A stretch of 64,000 nt of DNA from Bacteroidia bacterium (lineage in GTDB: Bacteria > Bacteroidota > Bacteroidia > NS11-12g > UBA955). Both the position numbers and the translations under genes were made by a program. The notes beneath the pieces were generated by a model that was given only the letters and a program-made list of their open reading frames with translations, was not told the DNA's origin and searched no databases. Where the stretch lies: positions 20-64,019 of the forward strand of contig JBBQBB010000010.1 in assembly GCA_038317095.1 (NCBI GenBank). The letters are read 5' to 3'. Within the stretch, counting starts at the first letter, position 1. Each line of letters opens with the position of its first letter. Positions 35,706-44,408 of this stretch are shown one piece after another.

Positions 35706-36443
35706 TTAAAACAATTTAACAAAACCATCTGGTTTCGAACTGGGGTGCCAAACATGATACAAACCAATACATTTGGTCCGGTGCGGCACAATCCCTGCTT
35801 GATAGAATCTAAAAAACAAATCCCAATCTTCTTTGCCCCAGGTTGTAAATTCTAGATTATACACGCCTGTTTTTTGCAATTGTTTTTTGGTTGCGGCAAA
35901 AATGCCTGTGCCTTCTGTAAACCAACGCCATTGAGCTTTGCCATCTTCTAATTGCCATTGGCAAATGGGAAACCAGACTGAATTCGTAGAAACATTTCTA
36001 TAAATTTCATCCAAAAAATTTGGGGGCAATTGGATATCCGCGTCGCATACAAAAATCAATTCCCCGGGTGCCTGTTTTATAGCCGCATTAAATGCACTTG
36101 AACGTGAAAAATGTACTTTTTCTTGGTTAAAAACAAGTCCACCTTTCCAAATTTTCTCAATCTCCATTTTTAGATCAGCCGCATCTGTACTTCCACAATC
36201 AAATATTGAGAATCCAATTTTTTCTGGATGATTTATTTTTGAAACGCTTGCAATTAAATTGTTTAACAAAGAATGACTGCGATTAAAATTTCCCACACAA
36301 ATCCAAACCACTTCATGGTTCTTTTTGTTTGTTTTTCGACTCACCCACCCTGTAAAATCAACCCATAAACTTCCCCAACCTACCCATTTCCTTTGGGGAG
36401 ATTTAAACAAAAACCACGCAATTTGTTTTATTTTTTTGTACAA
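35706..36443 (-). CDS. GT-A fold glycosyltransferase (galactosyltransferase-like C-terminal motif)
   Basis: 245 aa with a DxD motif in FVCDADIQ and the segment WGKEDWDLFFR, resembling the GWGGEDDD motif of GT2/GT7-type enzymes. Confidence 0.65.
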   Translation of the reverse strand: MYKKIKQIAWFLFKSPQRKWVGWGSLWVDFTGWVSRKTNKKNHEVVWICVGNFNRSHSLLNNLIASVSKINHPEKIGFSIFDCGSTDAADLKMEIEKIWKGGLVFNQEKVHFSRSSAFNAAIKQAPGELIFVCDADIQLPPNFLDEIYRNVSTNSVWFPICQWQLEDGKAQWRWFTEGTGIFAATKKQLQKTGVYNLEFTTWGKEDWDLFFRFYQAGIVPHRTKCIGLYHVWHPSSKPDGFVKLF

Positions 36444-36449
36444 ATTACA

Positions 36450-36908
36450 TTATCGTCTGTATGAAATATAATTGGTATCTGGCGGGGCAATATTTGCTTC
36501 GCGCAAGCTGCGGGCTATCTGGCCTCGATGGTACATGCTATGCATAAGCACATGTGTAAAAATATCGGCCATCGAATTGGAGAAGGGTTCCCCTTTTGTA
36601 TTTGTATAGTTTACAACATGTTCTAACGGATATTTATCCAGGATAAAAATACTGTTTTCCAAATTCAAATAAAAACTTGATTCCATTTCATCTAAGGGAG
36701 TACCCTCCCAAACCCCCAATTTAGGAGACCGCATTTCAATTCTGCTATTCCAAGTTTCGTGTGCGGCAGTGTTATGGCCCATCAAATGCACACAATCCAA
36801 AGGCACATTCACCTTGTTTTCGACCATAGTTTTCAACAATTTTAGATTGGCATTAATATCGTAATTTAGCTGTAAGCGCAAAGATTCTTTCATATTTAAA
36901 GGTTGCAA
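36450..36908 (-). CDS. DinB family protein
   Basis: 152 aa with a four-helix-bundle-like His pattern (HLMGHNTAAHETW ... HVLMHSMYHRGQIA) typical of DinB/YfiT. Confidence 0.7.
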   Translation of the reverse strand: MQPLNMKESLRLQLNYDINANLKLLKTMVENKVNVPLDCVHLMGHNTAAHETWNSRIEMRSPKLGVWEGTPLDEMESSFYLNLENSIFILDKYPLEHVVNYTNTKGEPFSNSMADIFTHVLMHSMYHRGQIARSLREANIAPPDTNYISYRR

Positions 36909-36966
36909 TATTCGTAAAAATTAATGGCTTTTTTTAAAATTTGAGACTATTCGCTATGTTTGTTCT

Positions 36967-37557
36967 ATGAAACTTGAATCATTCGATGTAGTAAAAATTT
37001 TAGGATACGGACTTTCTGGGTTCGCCTTTTTACTTGTTTTTCTTGCTTTTATGCTCTTAAGAAAAGAGCAAGACAAACCCGAACCCCGAAAATTAATCAT
37101 ACAAACCATACAAATGTTTATGGGATTGTGTTTGATTTTGTCACTTGCTGTTGGAATTATCAGCGTTCCCATAAGCAGCAACAATAGCCAATTGCAAGGT
37201 TATATACAAGACGGTTCAAAAATTAGCAGCACCGGGAATATGGCGGAAAAAACGGCAGACAAATTGGTTTCCAATGTTTCTTCCATGGATCCCAATGGAA
37301 CATTAATCAGCGATGCAGAAAAATCAATTATTGGCAATTTTGAAGATGCAAAAACGGTGATTGCAGAAAACAGACCTGACGATACGGTATCTATTAATAC
37401 TGTAAACAAAACCTCCGCAATGGTGCATGCTGATTTTGTTAAATTAAAGCGGCCCAATCAGCATCCAGATACAATTAAAGCGGCGGCGTCGCGAATTCAA
37501 CTCAATTCTCGTAAAATAAAAGCGGTAGCATTGCCTTTGGCAGAGTTTGTTCATTAA
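36967..37557 (+). CDS. Hypothetical membrane protein
   Basis: 196 aa with two N-terminal TM helices followed by a polar S/N/D-rich region. No family recognised. Confidence 0.45.
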   Translation: MKLESFDVVKILGYGLSGFAFLLVFLAFMLLRKEQDKPEPRKLIIQTIQMFMGLCLILSLAVGIISVPISSNNSQLQGYIQDGSKISSTGNMAEKTADKLVSNVSSMDPNGTLISDAEKSIIGNFEDAKTVIAENRPDDTVSINTVNKTSAMVHADFVKLKRPNQHPDTIKAAASRIQLNSRKIKAVALPLAEFVH

Positions 37558-39858
37558 TTACAATTTCCAAACCATTTGCACTTGAAAACTTCTTGGCGGA
37601 CGAATATCGCAAGGTCTCGCCATGTATTCACGGTTGAGTAAATTTAAAACCTGAAAAGAAAATTTCAACTTTTCTGTGAAACTATAGGCAAGTCTTGAAT
37701 CAAATACCAAAGTGGATTGCAATGCTTTTCTGGCCCTAGCAACCTCAGGTACGATCAAATCAAACGGTTGCTCTACGAAGGCCTTATCTATATTTAACAT
37801 GGCAGAATTATACCGCAATCCAATGCCTATTTCTATTTTTTTATACCGCACTTGTATGTCCATTTTAGCCAAATGTTTGTAGCGATATTTTAGGTATTTA
37901 TTGTCATCTGCTCTGGTATTTGCATAAGTAAGATTTCGCAAAGCATTGTCTTTGCTAATTATTTTATTGGGTTCCAAACTAACTGGATTGCTAAATGTAT
38001 ATCCGCCAAGCACATTGAATGTAAATTTGCCAATTTTACCCTCTCCACCCGTCTCGAATTCATACCCAGTAATACGGCATTTGGCTACGTTGATACTTTT
38101 AAAACCAAGCCCCAATAACGGACCTGAAATATCACCCCATTGGGCAAAAGTAAATTCCATCATGTTGATTAAATCCATCCTAAAAACGGCCACATCTAGA
38201 TAGGCCATAAATCCACCAATTTTGTAGGCTTGTTTGATTCCAATTTCAGCACTATTCCCAGTTTCTGGTTTTAGGTTGGCGTTGGGAAAAATTGTTAACG
38301 CACCCACCGTGGTGGTGGTAAATGCTTCAGCCATGCTTGGAAAACGAAAACCTTGTCCGTAAGATGCCCGTATATTGGTGAAGCGGGTTAATGCATAATT
38401 TACACCTGCCCTAAAAACTGGTTTTGCCTGTGCAACATTGTTTAGCTTAAAATACTCATACCTTGCACCGGTGGTAAGAATCAGGCGCTTTAATTTATAT
38501 TCCACTTGGGTATAAACGGCCAAATTACGCGATGTTTGATGCCCATTGAACAAAGGAGAATGTGTCTCTGAAAACATGCTCACGGCACCGGCCGTTGCCG
38601 ATAAACGGTCAGCCAAAAACCGTTGATTCACTTTGTATTCATTATACCACAAACTGCTGCCATTGCTTTGGTTGTTGGTTGGGTTTCCGTTGTCTATTGC
38701 ATTGTCTAATATATAAATTCTTGAAAGGTATTTGTGTGTTGTTTTACCTTTGGTATAGGTTAAAAATGGATCAATGCTGGCTCTGCTTGTATTTGTATAA
38801 GTATAACCGCTATCTAATGGTGTATATGCCTTCGCATAACTTTGCCACAATAAAAAACTTCCGCTGAAGCCGCGCTGTACTGCGGTATTTATCCCATAAT
38901 TCAATCCAACAATCTTCTTGCTTTCATGCTTCATCCTAAAAGAAATTCTACCGCGGTAATTGACTTCCTTTAGCCTGTAACCTTCGTCTGCCAAAATATT
39001 CCAAGAAACAGCAATTGAAGTGCCCTTTGTCTTTTTGGAATAAAAACCATTTAAACCACTCTGGGTTCGTGTCTTTTGGCTCCATTTCATGCTATCGCGG
39101 GGTGGATTTCCGTAAATTCCAGTAAAAACAGCAATGGAAGCATTCGGCTTTTCCGTTGGTTCTGCCGTTCTTAAATTTACGATTCCATTTAACGCCGAAG
39201 ACCCATATAATACCGAGCCAGCAGACTTAACAATTTCTATTGACCCAATATTTTCGGTGGGCATGAATGAAAATTGAGGGGATGCCGCATCTGCACTGAG
39301 CATTGGCAAATCATCGACCAAAACAGCTACTCTACTGCCAGCTCCGTAGCTCCACCCCGTGCCATTTCTAATGTTAATTTGGTTGTCTGCAATGGTTACG
39401 CCAGGAACTTGGTCTAACACCTGCGAGAGATCTGCAGTTATTTTATTCTGCACCAAATAAGGTTTGAGAATGGTTATAGACACTGGACTTTCTTTTAACT
39501 TTATGCCAGATTTACTTGTACTTATTACAACTTCCTCTAACAGTTGAATCTTAGGTTTTAAAGTCAATAACAAATGCTGCCCCGAAACAATGGGTTCACT
39601 AAATATGGTATCTAGTTTTTCAAAACCAATTGCGCTGGCAATGAGTCTACCAAATGTTTCCGTGGTTGTATTTGTTCGAGTAAGACTATCGATTTTGGCA
39701 AAAATGCGAGCCGCGAATGGGCTAAATAAGGTTAATTCTACATTTTTTACCGCAAAACCTTCTGGACTTTGAAACGTTATTTGGGTTTGGGCTTGCGATG
39801 CAAATGAAAGAAATCCTAAAATCCCGAAAAGTATATGTTTATAATATGCAACCTGCAT
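37558..39858 (-). CDS. TonB-dependent receptor
   Basis: Plug motifs are present (ESPVSITIL, VPGVTI, VAVLVDDLPM, IEIVKSAGSVLYGSSALNGIVNL), followed by a long beta-barrel. The ATG at 39858 gives the signal MQVAYYKHILFGILGFLSFASQAQ. The track start 39873 is TTG. Confidence 0.9.
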   Translation of the reverse strand: MQVAYYKHILFGILGFLSFASQAQTQITFQSPEGFAVKNVELTLFSPFAARIFAKIDSLTRTNTTTETFGRLIASAIGFEKLDTIFSEPIVSGQHLLLTLKPKIQLLEEVVISTSKSGIKLKESPVSITILKPYLVQNKITADLSQVLDQVPGVTIADNQINIRNGTGWSYGAGSRVAVLVDDLPMLSADAASPQFSFMPTENIGSIEIVKSAGSVLYGSSALNGIVNLRTAEPTEKPNASIAVFTGIYGNPPRDSMKWSQKTRTQSGLNGFYSKKTKGTSIAVSWNILADEGYRLKEVNYRGRISFRMKHESKKIVGLNYGINTAVQRGFSGSFLLWQSYAKAYTPLDSGYTYTNTSRASIDPFLTYTKGKTTHKYLSRIYILDNAIDNGNPTNNQSNGSSLWYNEYKVNQRFLADRLSATAGAVSMFSETHSPLFNGHQTSRNLAVYTQVEYKLKRLILTTGARYEYFKLNNVAQAKPVFRAGVNYALTRFTNIRASYGQGFRFPSMAEAFTTTTVGALTIFPNANLKPETGNSAEIGIKQAYKIGGFMAYLDVAVFRMDLINMMEFTFAQWGDISGPLLGLGFKSINVAKCRITGYEFETGGEGKIGKFTFNVLGGYTFSNPVSLEPNKIISKDNALRNLTYANTRADDNKYLKYRYKHLAKMDIQVRYKKIEIGIGLRYNSAMLNIDKAFVEQPFDLIVPEVARARKALQSTLVFDSRLAYSFTEKLKFSFQVLNLLNREYMARPCDIRPPRSFQVQMVWKL

Positions 39859-39860
39859 GG

Positions 39861-39868
39861 TAATTTTG
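39861..39868 (+). promoter_or_regulatory. -7 promoter box TAATTTTG for the T9SS-cargo gene
   Basis: Exact TAnnTTTG match 15 nt upstream of the ATG at 39884. It is interleaved with an opposing TAAAATTTG-like box (39871-39879, minus strand) for the receptor gene. Confidence 0.4.
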
Positions 39869-39883
39869 TGCAAATTTTATGCA

Positions 39884-40609
39884 ATGATACGAAAGTTCAT
39901 TTTTACTTTAACCCTGCTTTGGTTAACTTCTGCAACATTGGAACTCAAAGCACAAATATGCAAGGCAGATACAAGTCTGCATAAGCCTGGTTATAAGCCA
40001 GAAAAATTACCCAATGTTAAAGTGGACTCCAATTACAATGAATCCATATCTATATTGGTAAAACGAGACACTTTTAAAATGGTAGGTGCGGTTAAATTAA
40101 ATGTAAAAATAGACTCAGTGAAGGCCACCTCAGTTATAGGTTTACCCGCTGGTTACAATTATGAATGCCAGCACCCAAGTTGTGTGTATTTATGGGATAC
40201 CGTAAGGTGCGTTCGTATATTTGGGAGTACCAATAAAAGTGGAATATATCCGCTGAAAATTCCAATTATAGGTTATGCCAAAATTGGTTCATCTTCTTTG
40301 GTTCAGAAAGATACAATTCGAGATTTTACACTTATAGTAGATGGAGATCCGGCGCGCAATGTGCGAATTGAGAAAATAAAAGAATGGATTGTTTATCCTA
40401 TTCCGGCCAATCACACGATTTCCATTTATTGCGATGCAAATTCCACGCATTTTGTATTTGAAATTTTAAACTTAAACGGAGTTCGCCAGAATATTTTGTT
40501 TCAACGAATAAACGAGATATATGTAGCATCAATTGCTCAACTTGCACCTGGGGTATATTTTATTTCTGGTGGAAACAAAATAAAAAAACTAATTGTTGAA
40601 GATAATTAA
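39884..40609 (+). CDS. Secreted protein with T9SS C-terminal sorting domain
   Basis: The signal is MIRKFIFTLTLLWLTSATLELKAQ. The C-terminal roughly 75 aa (VYPIPANHTISIY ... LAPGVYFISGGNKIKKLIV) match the type A T9SS CTD pattern. Confidence 0.7.
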   Translation: MIRKFIFTLTLLWLTSATLELKAQICKADTSLHKPGYKPEKLPNVKVDSNYNESISILVKRDTFKMVGAVKLNVKIDSVKATSVIGLPAGYNYECQHPSCVYLWDTVRCVRIFGSTNKSGIYPLKIPIIGYAKIGSSSLVQKDTIRDFTLIVDGDPARNVRIEKIKEWIVYPIPANHTISIYCDANSTHFVFEILNLNGVRQNILFQRINEIYVASIAQLAPGVYFISGGNKIKKLIVEDN

Positions 40610-40612
40610 CGA

Positions 40613-41047
40613 ATGGGAAAAGAAATTACCATAAGCATTCCCAAAACACGGGCAGAATATCCATTCTTAATTGTAGGGGCATTTTTAATATTTGTAGGAT
40701 GGGCCATTCATTATGGTTTTTTTGGGTGGCAGGGTGGTTTTGTTTGGCTAGGTATTCTACTGCCTATCGCAACATACATTTATTTAAAACGGAGGGGCGC
40801 TTATTTTGTGCAGGCTAATGCAGAGGGCATTTCTTGGCGCAAAGATTTATTGAGCAACTACATATTTCTTCCTTGGAAATTTCTACATCGGGTAGATTAT
40901 TTGGTTTTTGAAATCAATTTTCAAGTCAAGGAAACAGGCCAGGTTGTATCTTTTCCAACCAGTGGATTAACAGAACCACAAACTGACGAATTAAAACAAT
41001 ATATCAGCGATATTGTAAAATCAAAATTAGAAAAAGGCGAATTATAG
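40613..41047 (+). CDS. Hypothetical membrane protein
   Basis: 144 aa with two TM helices followed by a small soluble domain. It starts 3 nt after the upstream gene. Confidence 0.45.
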   Translation: MGKEITISIPKTRAEYPFLIVGAFLIFVGWAIHYGFFGWQGGFVWLGILLPIATYIYLKRRGAYFVQANAEGISWRKDLLSNYIFLPWKFLHRVDYLVFEINFQVKETGQVVSFPTSGLTEPQTDELKQYISDIVKSKLEKGEL

Positions 41048-41087
41048 CCTTTCTATACATCTATCTTTGACGTAATTTTGCCGCCAA

Positions 41088-42389
41088 ATGTCTTTTATTC
41101 CCAATTTTAACTTTGTAGAAGAGCTTCGCTGGAGAGGCCTGTTGCACGACATAACGCCAGAAACGGAAAACCTATTAGCAACTGAAATGGTAAATGGCTA
41201 TATTGGCTTTGACCCAACTGCGGATTCTTTGCATATAGGCAATATGGTACCCATTACATTGCTTATTCATTTTCAACGAGCAGGCCATAAACCCATTGCA
41301 CTAGTTGGAGGTGCTACCGGCATGGTAGGTGACCCAAGTGGCAAAACCGATGAAAGAAAATTGTTGGATATTGAAACCCTGAATCACAATTTGGAATGTC
41401 AAAAAAACCAACTCAGGCGATTTCTCAATTTCGAAACTGGGGAGAATAAAGCTGAAATGGTAAACAATTATGATTGGTTTAAAAATTTCGGTTTTCTAGA
41501 ATTTATTCGCGATGTGGGAAAACACATTACTGTGAATTATATGATGGGCAAGGACAGCGTAAAAAACAGACTAGAAACCGGTGGAATGTCATTTACGGAG
41601 TTTTCATACCAATTGGTTCAAGGTTATGATTTTTTGCATTTATACCAGCACTACAATTGCAAATTACAAATGGGAGGCAGCGACCAGTGGGGCAACATCA
41701 CCACAGGGACTGAATTAATTCGCAGGAAAGCCAGTGGGGATGCATATGCAATTACAGCCCCTTTAATAACCAAAAGCGATGGAACTAAATTTGGCAAAAG
41801 TGAGGGTGGAAATATATGGTTAGACGCAAATAAAACTTCGCCTTTTAAATTTTACCAGTTTTGGTTAAATGTGTCTGATGAAGAGGCAATAAAATTTATT
41901 AAAATCTATAGTTTAAAATCAAAAGTTGAAATTGAAACACTCATAGATACGCATCCTGGTAATGAATATTTGCGAAGAATACAAAATGCGCTGGCCGAAG
42001 AAATGACCATGAGGGTTCACGGTGCAGAGAATTTGCAAATGGCACTAAAAGCTACACAGATATTTTTTGGAAATGGATCTAAAGAAGATTTGCTATCTTT
42101 AAATAAAATTGCCATGGAAAATGCACTCGATGGTTTAGAAAAATATACCATTACTAGAGATGATTTAAAGACTGGCATTCCACTACTGACCTTACTGACG
42201 GAGCAGACACAAATATTCTCTTCCAAAGGGGAAGCTAAAAAAATGATACAGTCTAATGGTTTCTCTATAAATAAAGAAAAATATACAGAAATTGAGGGCA
42301 TCATCAATCAAGATTTTCTATTACACAACCGTTATATATTGGCGCAAAAAGGGAAGAAAAATTACTATGTTATAGAGATTTCCCAATAA
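41088..42389 (+). CDS. tyrS: Tyrosine--tRNA ligase
   Basis: HIGH-type motif (SLHIGN), KMSKS-type motif (KFGKS), and a C-terminal S4-like domain. Confidence 0.95.
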   Translation: MSFIPNFNFVEELRWRGLLHDITPETENLLATEMVNGYIGFDPTADSLHIGNMVPITLLIHFQRAGHKPIALVGGATGMVGDPSGKTDERKLLDIETLNHNLECQKNQLRRFLNFETGENKAEMVNNYDWFKNFGFLEFIRDVGKHITVNYMMGKDSVKNRLETGGMSFTEFSYQLVQGYDFLHLYQHYNCKLQMGGSDQWGNITTGTELIRRKASGDAYAITAPLITKSDGTKFGKSEGGNIWLDANKTSPFKFYQFWLNVSDEEAIKFIKIYSLKSKVEIETLIDTHPGNEYLRRIQNALAEEMTMRVHGAENLQMALKATQIFFGNGSKEDLLSLNKIAMENALDGLEKYTITRDDLKTGIPLLTLLTEQTQIFSSKGEAKKMIQSNGFSINKEKYTEIEGIINQDFLLHNRYILAQKGKKNYYVIEISQ

Positions 42390-43347
42390 TTATTTTCACG
42401 GCATTTTTTACAAAATAAACTGGATTGTGTTGGCTTTTGTATAGCACCTTTAATTTTTGAAACTTATAACAATTTAAATTGCATTTTCTAAGATACAACC
42501 AAAAATGGCGGTATAATATGTGTTTCAAATCACGATAATTCGAGGAGTATTTGGGTTGGGTAAACAACAATTTATCAATCCATATTTGCAATACTTTATA
42601 ATTAATCCCGGGATTCAATTCGCTAAAGTTATGGTGCAATTCAATTTCATTTTCCGTGCTATTTTTTAAATATTCTAACAGTACTTTTTTGCGAATTGTT
42701 CTCGCATTTAATTTTAGACACAATACATCTTCCTTTTTTCTTTCTTTAATGGTATACCTGGTCAATGGCTCTTTCAAATTATGAAAAATCCATTGGTTTC
42801 TGTGTTTTGCAAAAAGTTCATAATCTTCTGGCAAGGTATCCGTATCATAAGAATATCCATTTTCCAACAACTCGGACCTGAAAAAAACAGAGCTGTGAAT
42901 AATAGGATTATTTAATAAAAACTGATGATAAATTAAGAAATGATCGTTATAAATTTCCCACTGTTTCTTTCCTTCATTTACGACAAATTGTGATCCTACA
43001 ATGTCTATATGTGGATGGATTTCTAGATAATCCGCTTGCAACTCAATCCTATTTCTATCGTACCTATCATCAGAATCAGCGATGGCTATAAATACCCCTT
43101 TGGCTTCTTTAAATCCAATATTTCTGGCTTCTGCTTGACCTAAATTCTCATCCAGGGTTATTTGAACAATTCTCTCGTCGGTAAAGGCATCCAAAACATC
43201 CTTTGTTTCTTGCTTTGAACCATCATCTACAACAATAATTTCAAGATTGTCATAGGTTTGTTCTAACAAATCATTCAAGCACAACCTCAATAAATCGGTT
43301 TCATCTTTTACTGCAATAATGACCGAAACTAAAGGTAAATTTTTCAC
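42370..43347 (-). CDS. Family 2 glycosyltransferase
   Basis: The N-terminus VSVIIAVKDETDLL...IIVVDDGS and the motif ADSDD are typical of GT2. The 3' end overlaps tyrS by 20 nt, with the two genes convergent. Confidence 0.85.
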   Translation of the reverse strand: MKNLPLVSVIIAVKDETDLLRLCLNDLLEQTYDNLEIIVVDDGSKQETKDVLDAFTDERIVQITLDENLGQAEARNIGFKEAKGVFIAIADSDDRYDRNRIELQADYLEIHPHIDIVGSQFVVNEGKKQWEIYNDHFLIYHQFLLNNPIIHSSVFFRSELLENGYSYDTDTLPEDYELFAKHRNQWIFHNLKEPLTRYTIKERKKEDVLCLKLNARTIRKKVLLEYLKNSTENEIELHHNFSELNPGINYKVLQIWIDKLLFTQPKYSSNYRDLKHILYRHFWLYLRKCNLNCYKFQKLKVLYKSQHNPVYFVKNAVKIIIGKSL

Positions 43348-43352
43348 ACGGA

Positions 43353-44408
43353 TTATTTTCGGGCTGCAATATAATCTAGCTTTTGTTGTTTTAAATAATC
43401 TATGCCCAAAAAATATCCTACCAACAACACCAAACCTAAAATTAAACCAATCAAACCCAAAGTCATTCCTTTTTTAAAGGATTTTGGAGATTCTGATTCT
43501 AACGGTAAACGAATATCATCAACCACAGCAAACAGTGGCTTTCTTCTTTGCATATCCATAGATGCTGCATCTAAAGTTATAACACTCTCCGAATACTGCA
43601 GTTCTACAATTGCAACATCTCTAATTGCCTGAGATTCAGTAACCCGTGCCGTTTTCTTTACTGCACCAAATAAATTGTCATTTATCGCCGCCGCCGAATA
43701 GGTGCGGCCCTGAAGTGCATAAAGTATTGAATCTCTTTTTCGCTTTGCCAATTTGACCATCGCAATGGATCTTTCCATTTTTTTACTGCTGTAGAAATCA
43801 GAAATAGTAGTTAAATGGTTCTCTAAAAAAACTTTTGCAAAAAGTTCATTCTGTGAATTTAATTCCATTACATATAAACCAGACTCCGCTTGAAACGATT
43901 TAATGTTACGTTTTATTTGACTGCTAAAAACCCTCAGCCAATAATCCAAATCTTTATTTCCACCAATTTCATAATTTATGTCATACGCAGGTTTGGTTTT
44001 AAAATTTCCTCCAAGCCTATTATTCTCAATATAATAATTGACCAATAAAACTTTTTTCTGGTCAACAATAGCGGTGCTTAACAATGTTTGTTCAATGAGT
44101 TTGTGCGACAATCCCAAATCTATCATTACCTCCTTATTGCCCGTTGCAGTTTGACCCGAAATTGCAGCCAACAAAGAACCACTTCCTGCAGGAGCATTTT
44201 TTTCACCCAATATATCATTCTCCAACATATAGGTTATTTTGGAATGATATGTAGTTCCGTTTTTACTTTCTTTCCAATAACCGAATGCAAATGCCAAAAA
44301 GAAAACCAATGGTGGAATAAACAACCATTTTCGTACTTTCAGGTAAATTGGCTTTACAAACGTATTCGTAAAGTCAAACAGATTGAATGCCTTTATTTGC
44401 TCTTCCAT
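43353..44408 (-). CDS. Polysaccharide co-polymerase / chain-length determinant (Wzz-like), no kinase domain
   Basis: 351 aa with one TM helix near each end (WLFIPPLVFFLAFAFGYW and LGLIGLILGLVLLVGYFLGI) and a helical periplasmic middle. No Walker A motif. Its start shares 1 nt with the upstream stop. Confidence 0.65.
   Translation of the reverse strand: MEEQIKAFNLFDFTNTFVKPIYLKVRKWLFIPPLVFFLAFAFGYWKESKNGTTYHSKITYMLENDILGEKNAPAGSGSLLAAISGQTATGNKEVMIDLGLSHKLIEQTLLSTAIVDQKKVLLVNYYIENNRLGGNFKTKPAYDINYEIGGNKDLDYWLRVFSSQIKRNIKSFQAESGLYVMELNSQNELFAKVFLENHLTTISDFYSSKKMERSIAMVKLAKRKRDSILYALQGRTYSAAAINDNLFGAVKKTARVTESQAIRDVAIVELQYSESVITLDAASMDMQRRKPLFAVVDDIRLPLESESPKSFKKGMTLGLIGLILGLVLLVGYFLGIDYLKQQKLDYIAARK

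Noticed and set aside
39857-39873. Head-to-head overlap of the TonB-receptor and T9SS-cargo coding regions implied by the ORF-track starts.
   Set aside because: The receptor's track start is TTG. The internal ATGs at 39858 and 39884 both give clean signal peptides, and a -7 box lies between them, so the overlap is probably an ORF-extension artefact.
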